Below are positions 45,190 through 54,320 of a stretch of 64,000 bases of DNA, one piece after another (within the stretch, counting starts at the first letter, position 1; each line of letters begins with the position of its first letter). The DNA is taken from sequence record PP886228, one strand, 5' to 3'. Position numbers and translations under genes: made by a program. The notes beneath the pieces are model-generated. The model saw only the letters and a program-made list of their open reading frames with translations. It was not told the origin of the DNA and searched no databases. Origin of the DNA: Escherichia phage vB_EcoM_D4.

Positions 45190-45681
45190 ATGGATAAGGG
45201 TTACTTCGAAAAATACCTAATATACGAACCGGAGACAGGTTTACTAATTTGGAAAGTAACCCTTTGCAATACCGCTATTGCTGGTAATGTTGCTGGCACA
45301 AGGTCTAAGAAGGGTTATATCCAAGTCCAGATAAATAAGAAGAGGTACTATGCACATAATATTGCATGGATTATGTCTGGAGGTGAGATACCAAGTGGAT
45401 ATGAGATAGACCACATAGACCTTGATAAATCTAATAATAAGTTGGAGAATTTAAGACTTAGCACAAAGTCACAAAATCAGAGGAATAGGGGTATATACAA
45501 GAATAATAAAACTGGTGTGAAGGGTGTAAGTTTTTGTAAACAAACAGGTCTTTACAAAGCAAGAGTCATGCTTTACCATAAAGAATACTTTTGTGGAAGA
45601 TTTAAAACGGTAGAAGAAGCAAAAGAAGCTGTAATTAAAAAGCGAATAGAACTTCATGGTGAGTTTGCAAGACATAACTAA
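45190..45681 (+). mobile_element. free-standing HNH homing endonuclease with AP2 domain
   Basis: IDHIDLDKSNNKLENLRL...QNQRN HNH_3 motif plus C-terminal TGVKGVSF...YKARV AP2-like segment; inserted between two metabolically linked genes. Confidence 0.6.
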
Positions 45682-45695
45682 GAGAGAGATAAAAT

Positions 45696-47477
45696 ATGAG
45701 TAAGTCACTTTACGCAGTACCAGCAGGTCTTAATGCAGATGCTTACAAGGCATCACATATATATCAGTATCCAGATGCTACGCAATATCTTATGTTGAAC
45801 CTGACACCACGTAGTGACAAATGGTTTAACAGCCCCTTAGCAATTGATGGTGTAGTTGCTTTTGGTATTCAACGTTTCGTTAAAGATTACTTGATAGACC
45901 ATTGGAATGCCACCTTCTTTGAACGTGATAAAAAAGAAGCAATTGACGAAATCTTAGAAGTCATGAACGGTGTTCTGGGTAAAGATGCTATTGGTCGAGA
46001 ACATTGGGAAGCACTCCACGATTTAGGTTATCTACCAGTTGAAGTATACGCTGTAGAAGAAGGCACAGTTGTTCCTATGCGTGTACCAATGATTGTCTTC
46101 CAGAACACTGTTTCAGGTTTCCATTGGGTAGCTGGGTATCTGGAAGATGCTTTCTCTGCTGAGATTTGGAAGGCTTGTACCATTGCAACTATTGCATTGC
46201 ACTATAAACGTATCTGTAAGAAGTGGTCTGACCTTACTTGTGATAACGACTTACATTTGCCTTATCAGTGCCATGACTTTGCTATGCGTGGTATGTCTGG
46301 CTTTACTGATGACGCATTTAACGCTGTAGGTCACTTAACCAGCTTTAAAGGAACTGACAGCTTCCCTGCTGTGTATACAGCTAAACGCATCTATGGACAG
46401 TCCTACCCAATCTCTGATATTGGTAGTTCTGTACCAGCCACTGAACACTCTGTAATGTGTGCAAACATTGCTTGGGAAGGTGGTAATGAGTTGATTGAAG
46501 AAGAAAGACGCTTTAAAGGTGAGTTACAAACCTTCCGTCGTTTCTTAACAGAAACTTACCCAACTGGCATTGCAAGTGTTGTTTCAGATACTTATAACTT
46601 CTGGAGAACTGTATCAGTTATATTACCAGAACTTCGTAAAGAGATTATGGAACGTGATGGCAAACTGGTAATTCGTCCTGACTCTGGAGACCCTGTACAT
46701 ATTGTCACAGGCTATAAAGCAATCCACTTAGAGTGTGCTAAAAAGGCTTATTACGAACACCTAAGCAAGCTGGAAGCCAGCGACACAATGTTGAATGCTG
46801 TTCTGAACATGAAGCTTGAAAACATCAATTATGGTATTGCTGGATGGCTATTGTCAGAAGGCTACGAAATGGTTGTTGACAGAGAAGACTTTGAAGTTGC
46901 TGATACAGTGCTGTTGAAAAATGCTTATATGGTTGGTTCTGCAAACGTTGTAACACGTCCTGTAGCGGAGATTGATGGAGCTATCAAGACACTGTATAAC
47001 ATCTTTGGAGGAACTATCAACTCTAAAGGTTTTAAAGTACTGGATGAGCATATCGGACTGATTTATGGCGACTCTATCACGTTGGAACGTGCAAACGAAA
47101 TACTGAAGCGTTTGTATGAAATGGGTTTTGCAAGCTCTAACGTAGTGTTTGGTGTAGGTTCTTATACTTACCAGTACATGACTCGTGATACCTTTGCATT
47201 TGCTGTCAAAGCAACTCTTGCAAGCATTGGTGGTAAAGAGATTATGCTTGCAAAAGACCCTAAAACAGATAGCGGTGTTAAGAAGTCTGCTTTTGGTGGT
47301 GTAGCACCTATGTGGGATGGTGATAATCTGAAAGCTGTAGATGGCTATGGATTCCAGAGCTTTGCAGATGTGCTAGAGCATCCAGCTTGTGCTTTACGTT
47401 TAGTCTTTAGCGACTCTGAGCAGTTCGGTTACACAACTCTTGGTGATATTCGAAATAATATTGACAAGCAGCTTTAA
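45696..47477 (+). CDS. nicotinamide phosphoribosyltransferase-like protein (NAMPT family)
   Basis: 593 aa, N-terminus ...DAYKASHIYQYP... typical of NAMPT/NadV family. Confidence 0.7.
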   Translation: MSKSLYAVPAGLNADAYKASHIYQYPDATQYLMLNLTPRSDKWFNSPLAIDGVVAFGIQRFVKDYLIDHWNATFFERDKKEAIDEILEVMNGVLGKDAIGREHWEALHDLGYLPVEVYAVEEGTVVPMRVPMIVFQNTVSGFHWVAGYLEDAFSAEIWKACTIATIALHYKRICKKWSDLTCDNDLHLPYQCHDFAMRGMSGFTDDAFNAVGHLTSFKGTDSFPAVYTAKRIYGQSYPISDIGSSVPATEHSVMCANIAWEGGNELIEEERRFKGELQTFRRFLTETYPTGIASVVSDTYNFWRTVSVILPELRKEIMERDGKLVIRPDSGDPVHIVTGYKAIHLECAKKAYYEHLSKLEASDTMLNAVLNMKLENINYGIAGWLLSEGYEMVVDREDFEVADTVLLKNAYMVGSANVVTRPVAEIDGAIKTLYNIFGGTINSKGFKVLDEHIGLIYGDSITLERANEILKRLYEMGFASSNVVFGVGSYTYQYMTRDTFAFAVKATLASIGGKEIMLAKDPKTDSGVKKSAFGGVAPMWDGDNLKAVDGYGFQSFADVLEHPACALRLVFSDSEQFGYTTLGDIRNNIDKQL

Positions 47478-47491
47478 AAGTATATGATAAG

Positions 47492-47514
47492 AGGCTCCTA
47501 CGGGAGCCTTTTTA
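47492..47514 (+). terminator. rho-independent terminator
   Basis: aggctcc tacg ggagcct then TTTTT. Confidence 0.6.
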
Positions 47515-47530
47515 ATTTCTGGAGAATGCT

Positions 47531-47875
47531 ATGGACAACCTTTCCATATGGTTTAACAAGAAACCTGTACAACCGAAATACTTACAAGTTGCCTATACAG
47601 ACATCCTTGAAGTTCTCGGTAAAGAAAAGTTTGAAAAGTTTTGTGAAGGTATCTACAATCACCACTGCCAATTTGCTACAAAAGAAGGTATGTTTGTCAT
47701 AGAACAGTTCTTTGGCAGAGACCCAGATGATTATGAAGAGATTAGTTTTGTAATGAAATACATGATAGAGTATATTGAAAATCGTGGATTCGAAGTTAAT
47801 CCTGAATTTTATGAGCATGAGGGTGTACCTTTAGCAAAAGGTTTTGATGGTATACTCGTTAACTGGACTTGGTGA
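47531..47875 (+). CDS. hypothetical protein
   Basis: 114-aa ORF. Confidence 0.35.
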   Translation: MDNLSIWFNKKPVQPKYLQVAYTDILEVLGKEKFEKFCEGIYNHHCQFATKEGMFVIEQFFGRDPDDYEEISFVMKYMIEYIENRGFEVNPEFYEHEGVPLAKGFDGILVNWTW

Positions 47876-48216
47876 AAATTATGAAAATCAAAGAAATGAA
47901 CATCAACATTGTCTTAGAAGAACGCTGGGAGAACATCAAGAAGCCTGAAAATGGTCATAAGTTCCTCAACAAAATCTTAGTAGCAGCTAAAGAAGAACTG
48001 ACTGGCAAGGTTGCAGCAGCAATCACAATAAAGGTGTGTGTAAAAGGTCTTCCAGACAATCACCAATTTGCACTTGACGAGTTTAAAGAGAGCTTCTACA
48101 ATCCAAACAAACAGATGCTTGAAAGTAACTTTGCAGTGTCTACAAGTATCGTCCATGACAGAAGCTTTATCCTTTACAAGAATATGAGAGGTGAGTCATG
48201 CAAGCATATTGGATAG
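47869..48216 (+). CDS. hypothetical protein
   Basis: 115-aa ORF. Confidence 0.35.
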   Translation: MVKIMKIKEMNINIVLEERWENIKKPENGHKFLNKILVAAKEELTGKVAAAITIKVCVKGLPDNHQFALDEFKESFYNPNKQMLESNFAVSTSIVHDRSFILYKNMRGESCKHIG

Positions 48217-48374
48217 AAATTTTACTGTCACTTGGTAGTGTAGCAGTATTTGTTTACCTTCTTTGCAAGTACTATGCAGAGCACAAAAAATGTGACTTCT
48301 GTGACGGAGAAGGCTATACAAGAGCAGGTTGTTGCCCTATGTGTGGTGGTTCTGGTAAAATGTTTAATAAGTAA
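48198..48374 (+). CDS. membrane-anchored zinc-ribbon miniprotein (58 aa)
   Basis: Hand-translated: TM helix ILLSLGSVAVFVYLL then CDFCDGEGY...CCPMCGGSGK; below ORF-track cutoff. Confidence 0.3.
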   Translation: MQAYWIEILLSLGSVAVFVYLLCKYYAEHKKCDFCDGEGYTRAGCCPMCGGSGKMFNK

Positions 48375-48402
48375 TTTAACAGTAAACTAAGAGGAAAGTA
48401 TT

Positions 48403-50769
48403 ATGCGCATGGTAAATGACCACGCAGAAGTGATTAAGAGTTCAACTTCTTTGGAGACGTCTCAAGCACAGATTACGATGACACCTGAAATGTTCAGCCT
48501 TTTGAGTTCTGGTGTATATACCTTTAAAGAAAGGGCAGTGATTCGTGAACTGTCATGTAACGCAGTAGATGCTCAGAAAGAAGCTGGAAAAGAGAACATC
48601 CCATTCCATGTGCATTTACCTACTCGTTTTGAGCCTTATTTTGAAGTTCGTGATTTTGGAACTGGATTGACTCATGATAAAGTTATGAGTTTGTATCTAA
48701 ATTACGGGGCTTCTACGAAGAATGACTCTAATGATTACATTGGTGCAATGGGTATCGGTTCAAAATCTCCATTTGCAATCGCTCAGTCATTCACAGTATC
48801 TAGCTATGTTGATGGTGTTGTTAATAAGTACTCTGTTTACCTTGAGAATGGTATCCCTCAAGTAACTAAGCTGACCACCAACCCAACAAAAGAACCTAAT
48901 GGTTTAGCTGTACGTGTAGCAGTTGCTGACCATCGTATTTCAAAGTTCTTTGAAGAAGCTGGTCATGTATACTCATACTTTGCTGTAAAACCAGAAAGTA
49001 ACATCGAGTATGACGATGTATTAGTAGATATGAATGTCATTGCCCGTGAAGAAGGTGTTTATGATGCCATGATTCACAAACAAAGCTGGCGTTCTAGTGG
49101 TAACAGGACAGAGTTTAATGTAGTGATGGGTAACATTGCCTACCCTGTTAATATGGAAGCATTACTTGGTGATGATTTCTTCAAAGTATTGCCAGAATTT
49201 TTCCGTAGGAGCGTAGACCTTGTAAACATCTACATGCCTATTGGTTCAGTTGCTATTGCAGCTTCTCGTGAAGCATTGCAGATGAATGACACGACAAAAA
49301 ATGTTATCATCGAAGCTACTAAAAAGATAACTGAAGCAATTACAAAGGATGTTATCAAGAAAGTTAATAGCCAACCTACACTCATGGATGCTGCACAGGC
49401 TTATGCTGAGTTGCGTTTGAACTCACGAGAGATGTTTAATGCTGTGTGTCCAAAGCTAGAGTGGGGAGGCGTTAAGCTTGATTCTCTGGAAGAAGAATTA
49501 CTAAACATTCGTCGTGGAATTATCTACGCAGAAGATGGCTCAGTCATCTATGAACGTGATGGTAAAGGTAATATTAAAGTTGATAGGAATGGAAACAACA
49601 TCCCTAAAGTAGATTATCTTTATAATCCTGTTGCTTATGTTAAGTTCAACTCTTTAGAGAGTAAGATTCGTGCAACATCGCTTTCCTACACTCAAGAGGC
49701 AAGTATGTTCAATATCTTTGGCGCAATGCGTAAAAGCCAAATTGAACAGTTTTTGTTTGTTATCAATGACCGTCGCAATAAAAACGGTACTGAGAAAACT
49801 GTAGGACGCAACCAGATTCTGCGTGGTGCATGTCGAGACTATGCCAGCGAGTCAAGTCTGTTTCACAGATACAATGGTATTGTCTTTGTATTCTCTACTG
49901 AGAAAGAGCTAGATGATTTAATCAATCTGCACAAACTTGATAAAAGCTTGTTAAAGATTGTGAAGATGTCTGATAAGGAACATCATTATCAGCGTAAAGA
50001 AGCTGTGAGAGGTGTTGTAAAACTCTGGAAAGCTGTTCCAGCAGAAGGTGTAGCTTCATACAAAGAGGTGTCAGAAGACTTTGATACAATTGAAGAGCCT
50101 CAGCTTTACATTAAGGCAGTCGGTGACACAGTTGATGGTGAATGTTTTTGCTCATCTCCAGAAGATGTAGCTAAGTCAGTTGCTAATGTTACAGGTAAGA
50201 CAATCTATGTTTTCCGAAAAGCAAATTGGAAAAAGATACCAGAAGACTGGATTGAAGTAGATGAGAAGCTCTTGAACGACAGCTTAACTGATGTTCACTG
50301 GATTAATTACAACAGGTATATGACACGTATCTATATGAATGGTGTCCTTGACCTTACAAGCAGTTGGATTATTGCCAGAAACTTTACGTTCAATAACAGG
50401 AAGATTTCTCGTGGTTATTGCTATTCACGAGACACAAATAAAACTATCTTCTTAGAAGGCAATGAAGATGCTGTTGAGGCAATGTTTGGTAAAATCCAAT
50501 ACGTTGCTGCACCGTTTGCATACACTTACACCGTTAGTCGGTTGCAAACTTTGAAAGAATGCCTTGACAACGATACAAAGCTGTACAAGAAAATTAAGAA
50601 AGCTGGTGACCGTATGGTTATTAAGGTGACAAACTATCTTTTAAAAAGAAAACAAGAAAACTTCTTGCTTTCTCATTTAGATTGGAATAAAGTGTCACCT
50701 ATCGAAGTGAGTAAGTTCTTAGGCTTTGATGTGAAGTGTGTTCCAGAAGGGACTACAATTTACGATTAA
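48403..50769 (+). CDS. rIIA: rIIA-like protein with GHKL ATPase fold
   Basis: Bergerat-fold motifs IRELSCNAVDA and DFGTGL...GAMGIGSKSPF near N-terminus; 788 aa. Confidence 0.5.
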   Translation: MRMVNDHAEVIKSSTSLETSQAQITMTPEMFSLLSSGVYTFKERAVIRELSCNAVDAQKEAGKENIPFHVHLPTRFEPYFEVRDFGTGLTHDKVMSLYLNYGASTKNDSNDYIGAMGIGSKSPFAIAQSFTVSSYVDGVVNKYSVYLENGIPQVTKLTTNPTKEPNGLAVRVAVADHRISKFFEEAGHVYSYFAVKPESNIEYDDVLVDMNVIAREEGVYDAMIHKQSWRSSGNRTEFNVVMGNIAYPVNMEALLGDDFFKVLPEFFRRSVDLVNIYMPIGSVAIAASREALQMNDTTKNVIIEATKKITEAITKDVIKKVNSQPTLMDAAQAYAELRLNSREMFNAVCPKLEWGGVKLDSLEEELLNIRRGIIYAEDGSVIYERDGKGNIKVDRNGNNIPKVDYLYNPVAYVKFNSLESKIRATSLSYTQEASMFNIFGAMRKSQIEQFLFVINDRRNKNGTEKTVGRNQILRGACRDYASESSLFHRYNGIVFVFSTEKELDDLINLHKLDKSLLKIVKMSDKEHHYQRKEAVRGVVKLWKAVPAEGVASYKEVSEDFDTIEEPQLYIKAVGDTVDGECFCSSPEDVAKSVANVTGKTIYVFRKANWKKIPEDWIEVDEKLLNDSLTDVHWINYNRYMTRIYMNGVLDLTSSWIIARNFTFNNRKISRGYCYSRDTNKTIFLEGNEDAVEAMFGKIQYVAAPFAYTYTVSRLQTLKECLDNDTKLYKKIKKAGDRMVIKVTNYLLKRKQENFLLSHLDWNKVSPIEVSKFLGFDVKCVPEGTTIYD

Positions 50770-50774
50770 AGTGT

Positions 50775-50804
50775 TTGACAAGGGGCTTCAAAGCCCCTTA
50801 GAAT
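50775..50804 (+). promoter_or_regulatory. promoter with hairpin-forming spacer
   Basis: TTGACA, 18-bp spacer containing ggggcttcaaagcccc palindrome, TAGAAT. Confidence 0.45.
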
Positions 50805-50849
50805 AACCTCACAAAAATGATTTATTAACTAACAAGAGAGAGCAATAAG

Positions 50850-51959
50850 ATGACTACTAAAACTAAAGCACAGATTGACGCAGAAATCTACAAACTGGTT
50901 AAAGAAGGTAAGCTGACTAAAACAGCTATTGCACAGAAGTTCAATACTTCAACCCGTTCAGTTGGTCGTGCTGTAGAGCGTCATGAAGCAACCTTAAAAG
51001 GGAAGAAAAAGGCAGCTTCGACACCAGCCAAGAAGACTTTGAAGCAAGTTGCTAAGTCAGTTAAAAAGAAAGCTGGAAAACCAGTTGAAAAGGTTGTTAA
51101 AGACACTGTACAGAAAGTTCCAGTAAATAAACTGCACGAAGCTATGCAGAAAGATGACAAGATTGAGTACATGATTACTGGTGACTCTGTAATTATGACT
51201 TATGGTTCAGAATCTGAAATTGTTGAGTCTACTCATCCGAACTATCAAGAAATTGTAGTTCATGTTGTGAAAGGTGAGTTCAAGAAAGCATTTGAACTGA
51301 TGAACATTCGTAAGTCTATCGAAAACTTCACTCAGGGTGCTATCACAATCAAAGGTGACAAGTTATTCTACGGTGCTGTTGAGATGCGTTCTACTCTGGT
51401 TGACCGTATTCTTCACATGATGAAGACTGGTGATAAAGGTTTTGAACGACTTGTAATGTTCTTCGAAAAACTGATGGAAAACCCATCTAAAGATTCTGTA
51501 GAACAACTTTGGGGATTCGTATCTCACCTTGATGTTGAAATTGATGAAGAAGGTTACATCATTGGTTGGAAGAAAGTCTCTACTCGTGAAGGCAAGTTGG
51601 TTGACTCCCACACCTACAAAGTACCTAATGATTTGGGTAACATTGTAGAAATGCCACGTTGGATGGTTGATAACAACCGTAACGTAACTTGCTCTCAGGG
51701 TCTTCATGTTGGTGCTTGGGATTATGTTCGTTACTTCTCAGGTGATACAATCCTGAAGGTTCGTGTCCATCCACGAGATGTTGTATCTGTTCCGACTGAT
51801 TACAACGATATGAAGATGCGTTCATCCCGTTATGAAGTTGCAGCAATAGTTGATAATCAACGTAAAGTGTTGAAAGCATGGGACGGTAAGACTGAAGCTT
51901 TGCATGTCATCGTTGGCACTGCTGGTGAACTCATCTCCCAACGTAAACGTGAAATCTAA
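50850..51959 (+). CDS. rIIB: rIIB-like protein
   Basis: 369-aa ORF directly downstream of rIIA-like gene; assignment by synteny only. Confidence 0.3.
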   Translation: MTTKTKAQIDAEIYKLVKEGKLTKTAIAQKFNTSTRSVGRAVERHEATLKGKKKAASTPAKKTLKQVAKSVKKKAGKPVEKVVKDTVQKVPVNKLHEAMQKDDKIEYMITGDSVIMTYGSESEIVESTHPNYQEIVVHVVKGEFKKAFELMNIRKSIENFTQGAITIKGDKLFYGAVEMRSTLVDRILHMMKTGDKGFERLVMFFEKLMENPSKDSVEQLWGFVSHLDVEIDEEGYIIGWKKVSTREGKLVDSHTYKVPNDLGNIVEMPRWMVDNNRNVTCSQGLHVGAWDYVRYFSGDTILKVRVHPRDVVSVPTDYNDMKMRSSRYEVAAIVDNQRKVLKAWDGKTEALHVIVGTAGELISQRKREI

Positions 51960-51976
51960 TAAGTAATTTCTTAAAA

Positions 51977-51998
51977 GGCTGCTTCGGCGGCCTTTTTT
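51977..51998 (+). terminator. rho-independent terminator
   Basis: ggctgc ttcg gcggcc then TTTTTT. Confidence 0.55.
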
Positions 51999-52000
51999 AT

Positions 52001-52028
52001 TTGTATTTTGTGCAGAGTGCTGTATAAT
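52001..52028 (+). promoter_or_regulatory. promoter with consensus -10
   Basis: TATAAT at 52023-52028 with TG just upstream; weak -35 TTGTAT at 52001-52006. Confidence 0.35.
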
Positions 52029-52059
52029 TGTTGTCACGATAAACTAAACAGGAGAACCA

Positions 52060-52608
52060 ATGAAGAAGTTGATTCTAGGTTTGTGCTTAATGTTTACAGC
52101 ACACTTATCTTATGCAGTTGACTGCCCAGAGCTATCAATTAGCCAAAAAGTTAACATGTTAAAAGCTTACCAGTATGGTGAGAATAATATGGGGAAGGGC
52201 TGGGGTATTACTCTAGCAGCTATAGCCTTACAAGAGTCAGAGTTAGGTCTGAAGGTAGAGAATAAAAAGACCCATGACTATGGTATTTTCCAGAATCACT
52301 TGAAGACTGTTGTAAAGCGTAACAAAATTAGTCCTAATGTGGCTAAAAAGAAACTCTTAAAAGATTTTGACTATGCAGCAAAAGAGACGCATAAAGAGCT
52401 TGAGTTTTGGACGAAGGTACATGGTCAACCAAAGTCAAAGAAGACTTTACAAAAAGTTTTAGCATCATATAATGCTGGGTATTCGTACAAAATTCCTAAA
52501 GCTAAGAAATACTCTCAAGATGTCTACAACAATATGAAAGTTATTGCTCAATGTGAATTTGCAACAAACATTTCTAAGGTAAATCATGAAAAAATTAAGA
52601 AAGTCTGA
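52060..52608 (+). CDS. lytic transglycosylase-like cell-wall hydrolase with signal peptide
   Basis: Signal peptide MKKLILGLCLMFTAHLSYA; ALQESELG ... YGIFQN resembles SLT catalytic ES motif. Confidence 0.45.
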   Translation: MKKLILGLCLMFTAHLSYAVDCPELSISQKVNMLKAYQYGENNMGKGWGITLAAIALQESELGLKVENKKTHDYGIFQNHLKTVVKRNKISPNVAKKKLLKDFDYAAKETHKELEFWTKVHGQPKSKKTLQKVLASYNAGYSYKIPKAKKYSQDVYNNMKVIAQCEFATNISKVNHEKIKKV

Positions 52609-53281
52609 TGAAGTCCTGTGCCATGCTTACGACCTACATCCTCATGAGTTAGGTCTTGATTCCTGTGTATGGACCTCAGAACAGTGCAGAGATTTTGAAG
52701 ATACTGCAAGAGAAGTTGTATGTTCACTTGAAGAGTTCCACACATCAGAATCAATTGTGAACGTTGTGGACAAAGAGACTGGACAGCCTATAGGTGTAAG
52801 ACGTGACAGTTTAGTCATAGTCAATAAAGACCTTGTAGAAAAAGGTAACCTCATCTTAGCAGATATTGATGGTGTTCTTACAAATTTTAATCACGAAGAT
52901 TGCTCAACGGAACTGACTGATGGGTCATTCTCACAGTACACTAATCTTCTTGACTCTGTAAGAGCAAAACCAACGTATGTTTTTAGTATTATTGATGCAA
53001 TCGCTAATCATGCTGCCATTGGACTCTTGACAGCAAGAGGTGAATCTCAGAGAATACCTACTGAGATGTTTTTAAGGCATAACATAGAGCATGATTACAT
53101 GCTTTTTATGCGTGGTTTTGGAACTAACTCTATAAGTGCAGAAAGTTTAAAAGCTAGGATGATTCAGTCTTGCATTCTGCCTTACTTTAATATAGTATGT
53201 TTTATAGAAGATACAGAGAAGAATGTTCAGAAGGTAAACAGAATCCTTCCACACATTAAAACCATGTTAGTTAAACATTGA
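52586..53281 (+). CDS. HAD-like hydrolase
   Basis: LADIDGVLT resembles HAD motif I DxDGT. Confidence 0.3.
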   Translation: MKKLRKSDEVLCHAYDLHPHELGLDSCVWTSEQCRDFEDTAREVVCSLEEFHTSESIVNVVDKETGQPIGVRRDSLVIVNKDLVEKGNLILADIDGVLTNFNHEDCSTELTDGSFSQYTNLLDSVRAKPTYVFSIIDAIANHAAIGLLTARGESQRIPTEMFLRHNIEHDYMLFMRGFGTNSISAESLKARMIQSCILPYFNIVCFIEDTEKNVQKVNRILPHIKTMLVKH

Positions 53282-53757
53282 GAGAAAAACTTATGAACAA
53301 TATCATTACGGTAGCACTGGACGATACGACAAACAAATCTGTAGTAGTTCGTAAATTGATTCAAGGTAACTTTGAAGGTAAAATTTTTCGTGCTGTCAAT
53401 GTAAAAACTGATGGCAGCATTCGTGAATATCGTGCATTGTTGAACGTTAAGAAGCACGTAAAAGGTGTTGGTTCAACGACTGCACACAAAGAAAACCTGA
53501 TGACTATCTATGATATGGGTAAGGCTTCAGAGTTAGGTGCTGAAGGTATCGTTAAAGAAGGTGCTCCGTATCGCTCTTTCAATCTGGAAACTACTCTTAT
53601 GCTTTCCTTTACAAGTGGTTCTAAAACAATCACTTACCTCTTTACTGATGCTGCAACGGTATCTGCTATTAAGGATGGCACTGTCAAAGCTGGCGTAGTT
53701 GCTGCTGCAAAAGCTTCTTCGATGGCTGCGAATATCCTTGCTAAAGTCCTCAGTTAA
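53278..53757 (+). CDS. hypothetical protein
   Basis: 159-aa ORF. Confidence 0.35.
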   Translation: MREKLMNNIITVALDDTTNKSVVVRKLIQGNFEGKIFRAVNVKTDGSIREYRALLNVKKHVKGVGSTTAHKENLMTIYDMGKASELGAEGIVKEGAPYRSFNLETTLMLSFTSGSKTITYLFTDAATVSAIKDGTVKAGVVAAAKASSMAANILAKVLS

Positions 53758-53768
53758 GGTTAAGATAC

Positions 53769-53791
53769 AGGCTCCTTCGGGAGCCTTTTTC
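53769..53791 (+). terminator. rho-independent terminator
   Basis: ggctcc ttcg ggagcc then TTTTT. Confidence 0.6.
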
Positions 53792-53809
53792 ATTTCAGGA
53801 GATTGTTAA

Positions 53810-54157
53810 ATGACATTTAAAGAGTTCTGTCAAGCTACTTTCATAATTGTTTTCTTAGTTGGGGCAGGTGTCTGGGGAGGATACTCTTACAGAGACTACC
53901 AAGTTGCTGAAGCTGAGTTAAGCAATGAGAAACTAATAAGTGTTGCTAAAGATGCTTATCAGGAAGGTTTAGCCACACTCAGCACCAATTACAAAAATGA
54001 TTTGAAAGATGTGCTTGCTAAGAATAAGCACACAAAAGAGGTACTAACATATGAAAAGACTAAGCCAGAGTTTTATAATGTTTGTGTTACTGATAATTAT
54101 GTCAGGGTGTTCAACGAACAAAGTGAACAGTACATTCAAAAACTCCCAAGTAAGTGA
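53810..54157 (+). CDS. inner-membrane spanin-like protein
   Basis: N-terminal TM helix then charged helical periplasmic region; overlaps lipoprotein ORF in another frame. Confidence 0.4.
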   Translation: MTFKEFCQATFIIVFLVGAGVWGGYSYRDYQVAEAELSNEKLISVAKDAYQEGLATLSTNYKNDLKDVLAKNKHTKEVLTYEKTKPEFYNVCVTDNYVRVFNEQSEQYIQKLPSK

Positions 54158-54320
54158 GAGTGACAAGTACACTCAAGAAGAGTCAAGATTCACTGTCAAA
54201 GGTAATACTGGTAGTGATGTGGCAGCAGCCCTTGAGTTTTATCGTGATGGTTTTTACCAGTGCACAATCAAAGCTAATAACCTTATTGATATGATTTTAT
54301 TAGGGAATAAACAGCAATGA
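54051..54320 (+). CDS. outer-membrane lipoprotein spanin-like protein
   Basis: Lipobox LIIMSGC; embedded/overlapping in +2 frame of preceding gene (Rz/Rz1-like architecture). Confidence 0.4.
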   Translation: MKRLSQSFIMFVLLIIMSGCSTNKVNSTFKNSQVSESDKYTQEESRFTVKGNTGSDVAAALEFYRDGFYQCTIKANNLIDMILLGNKQQ

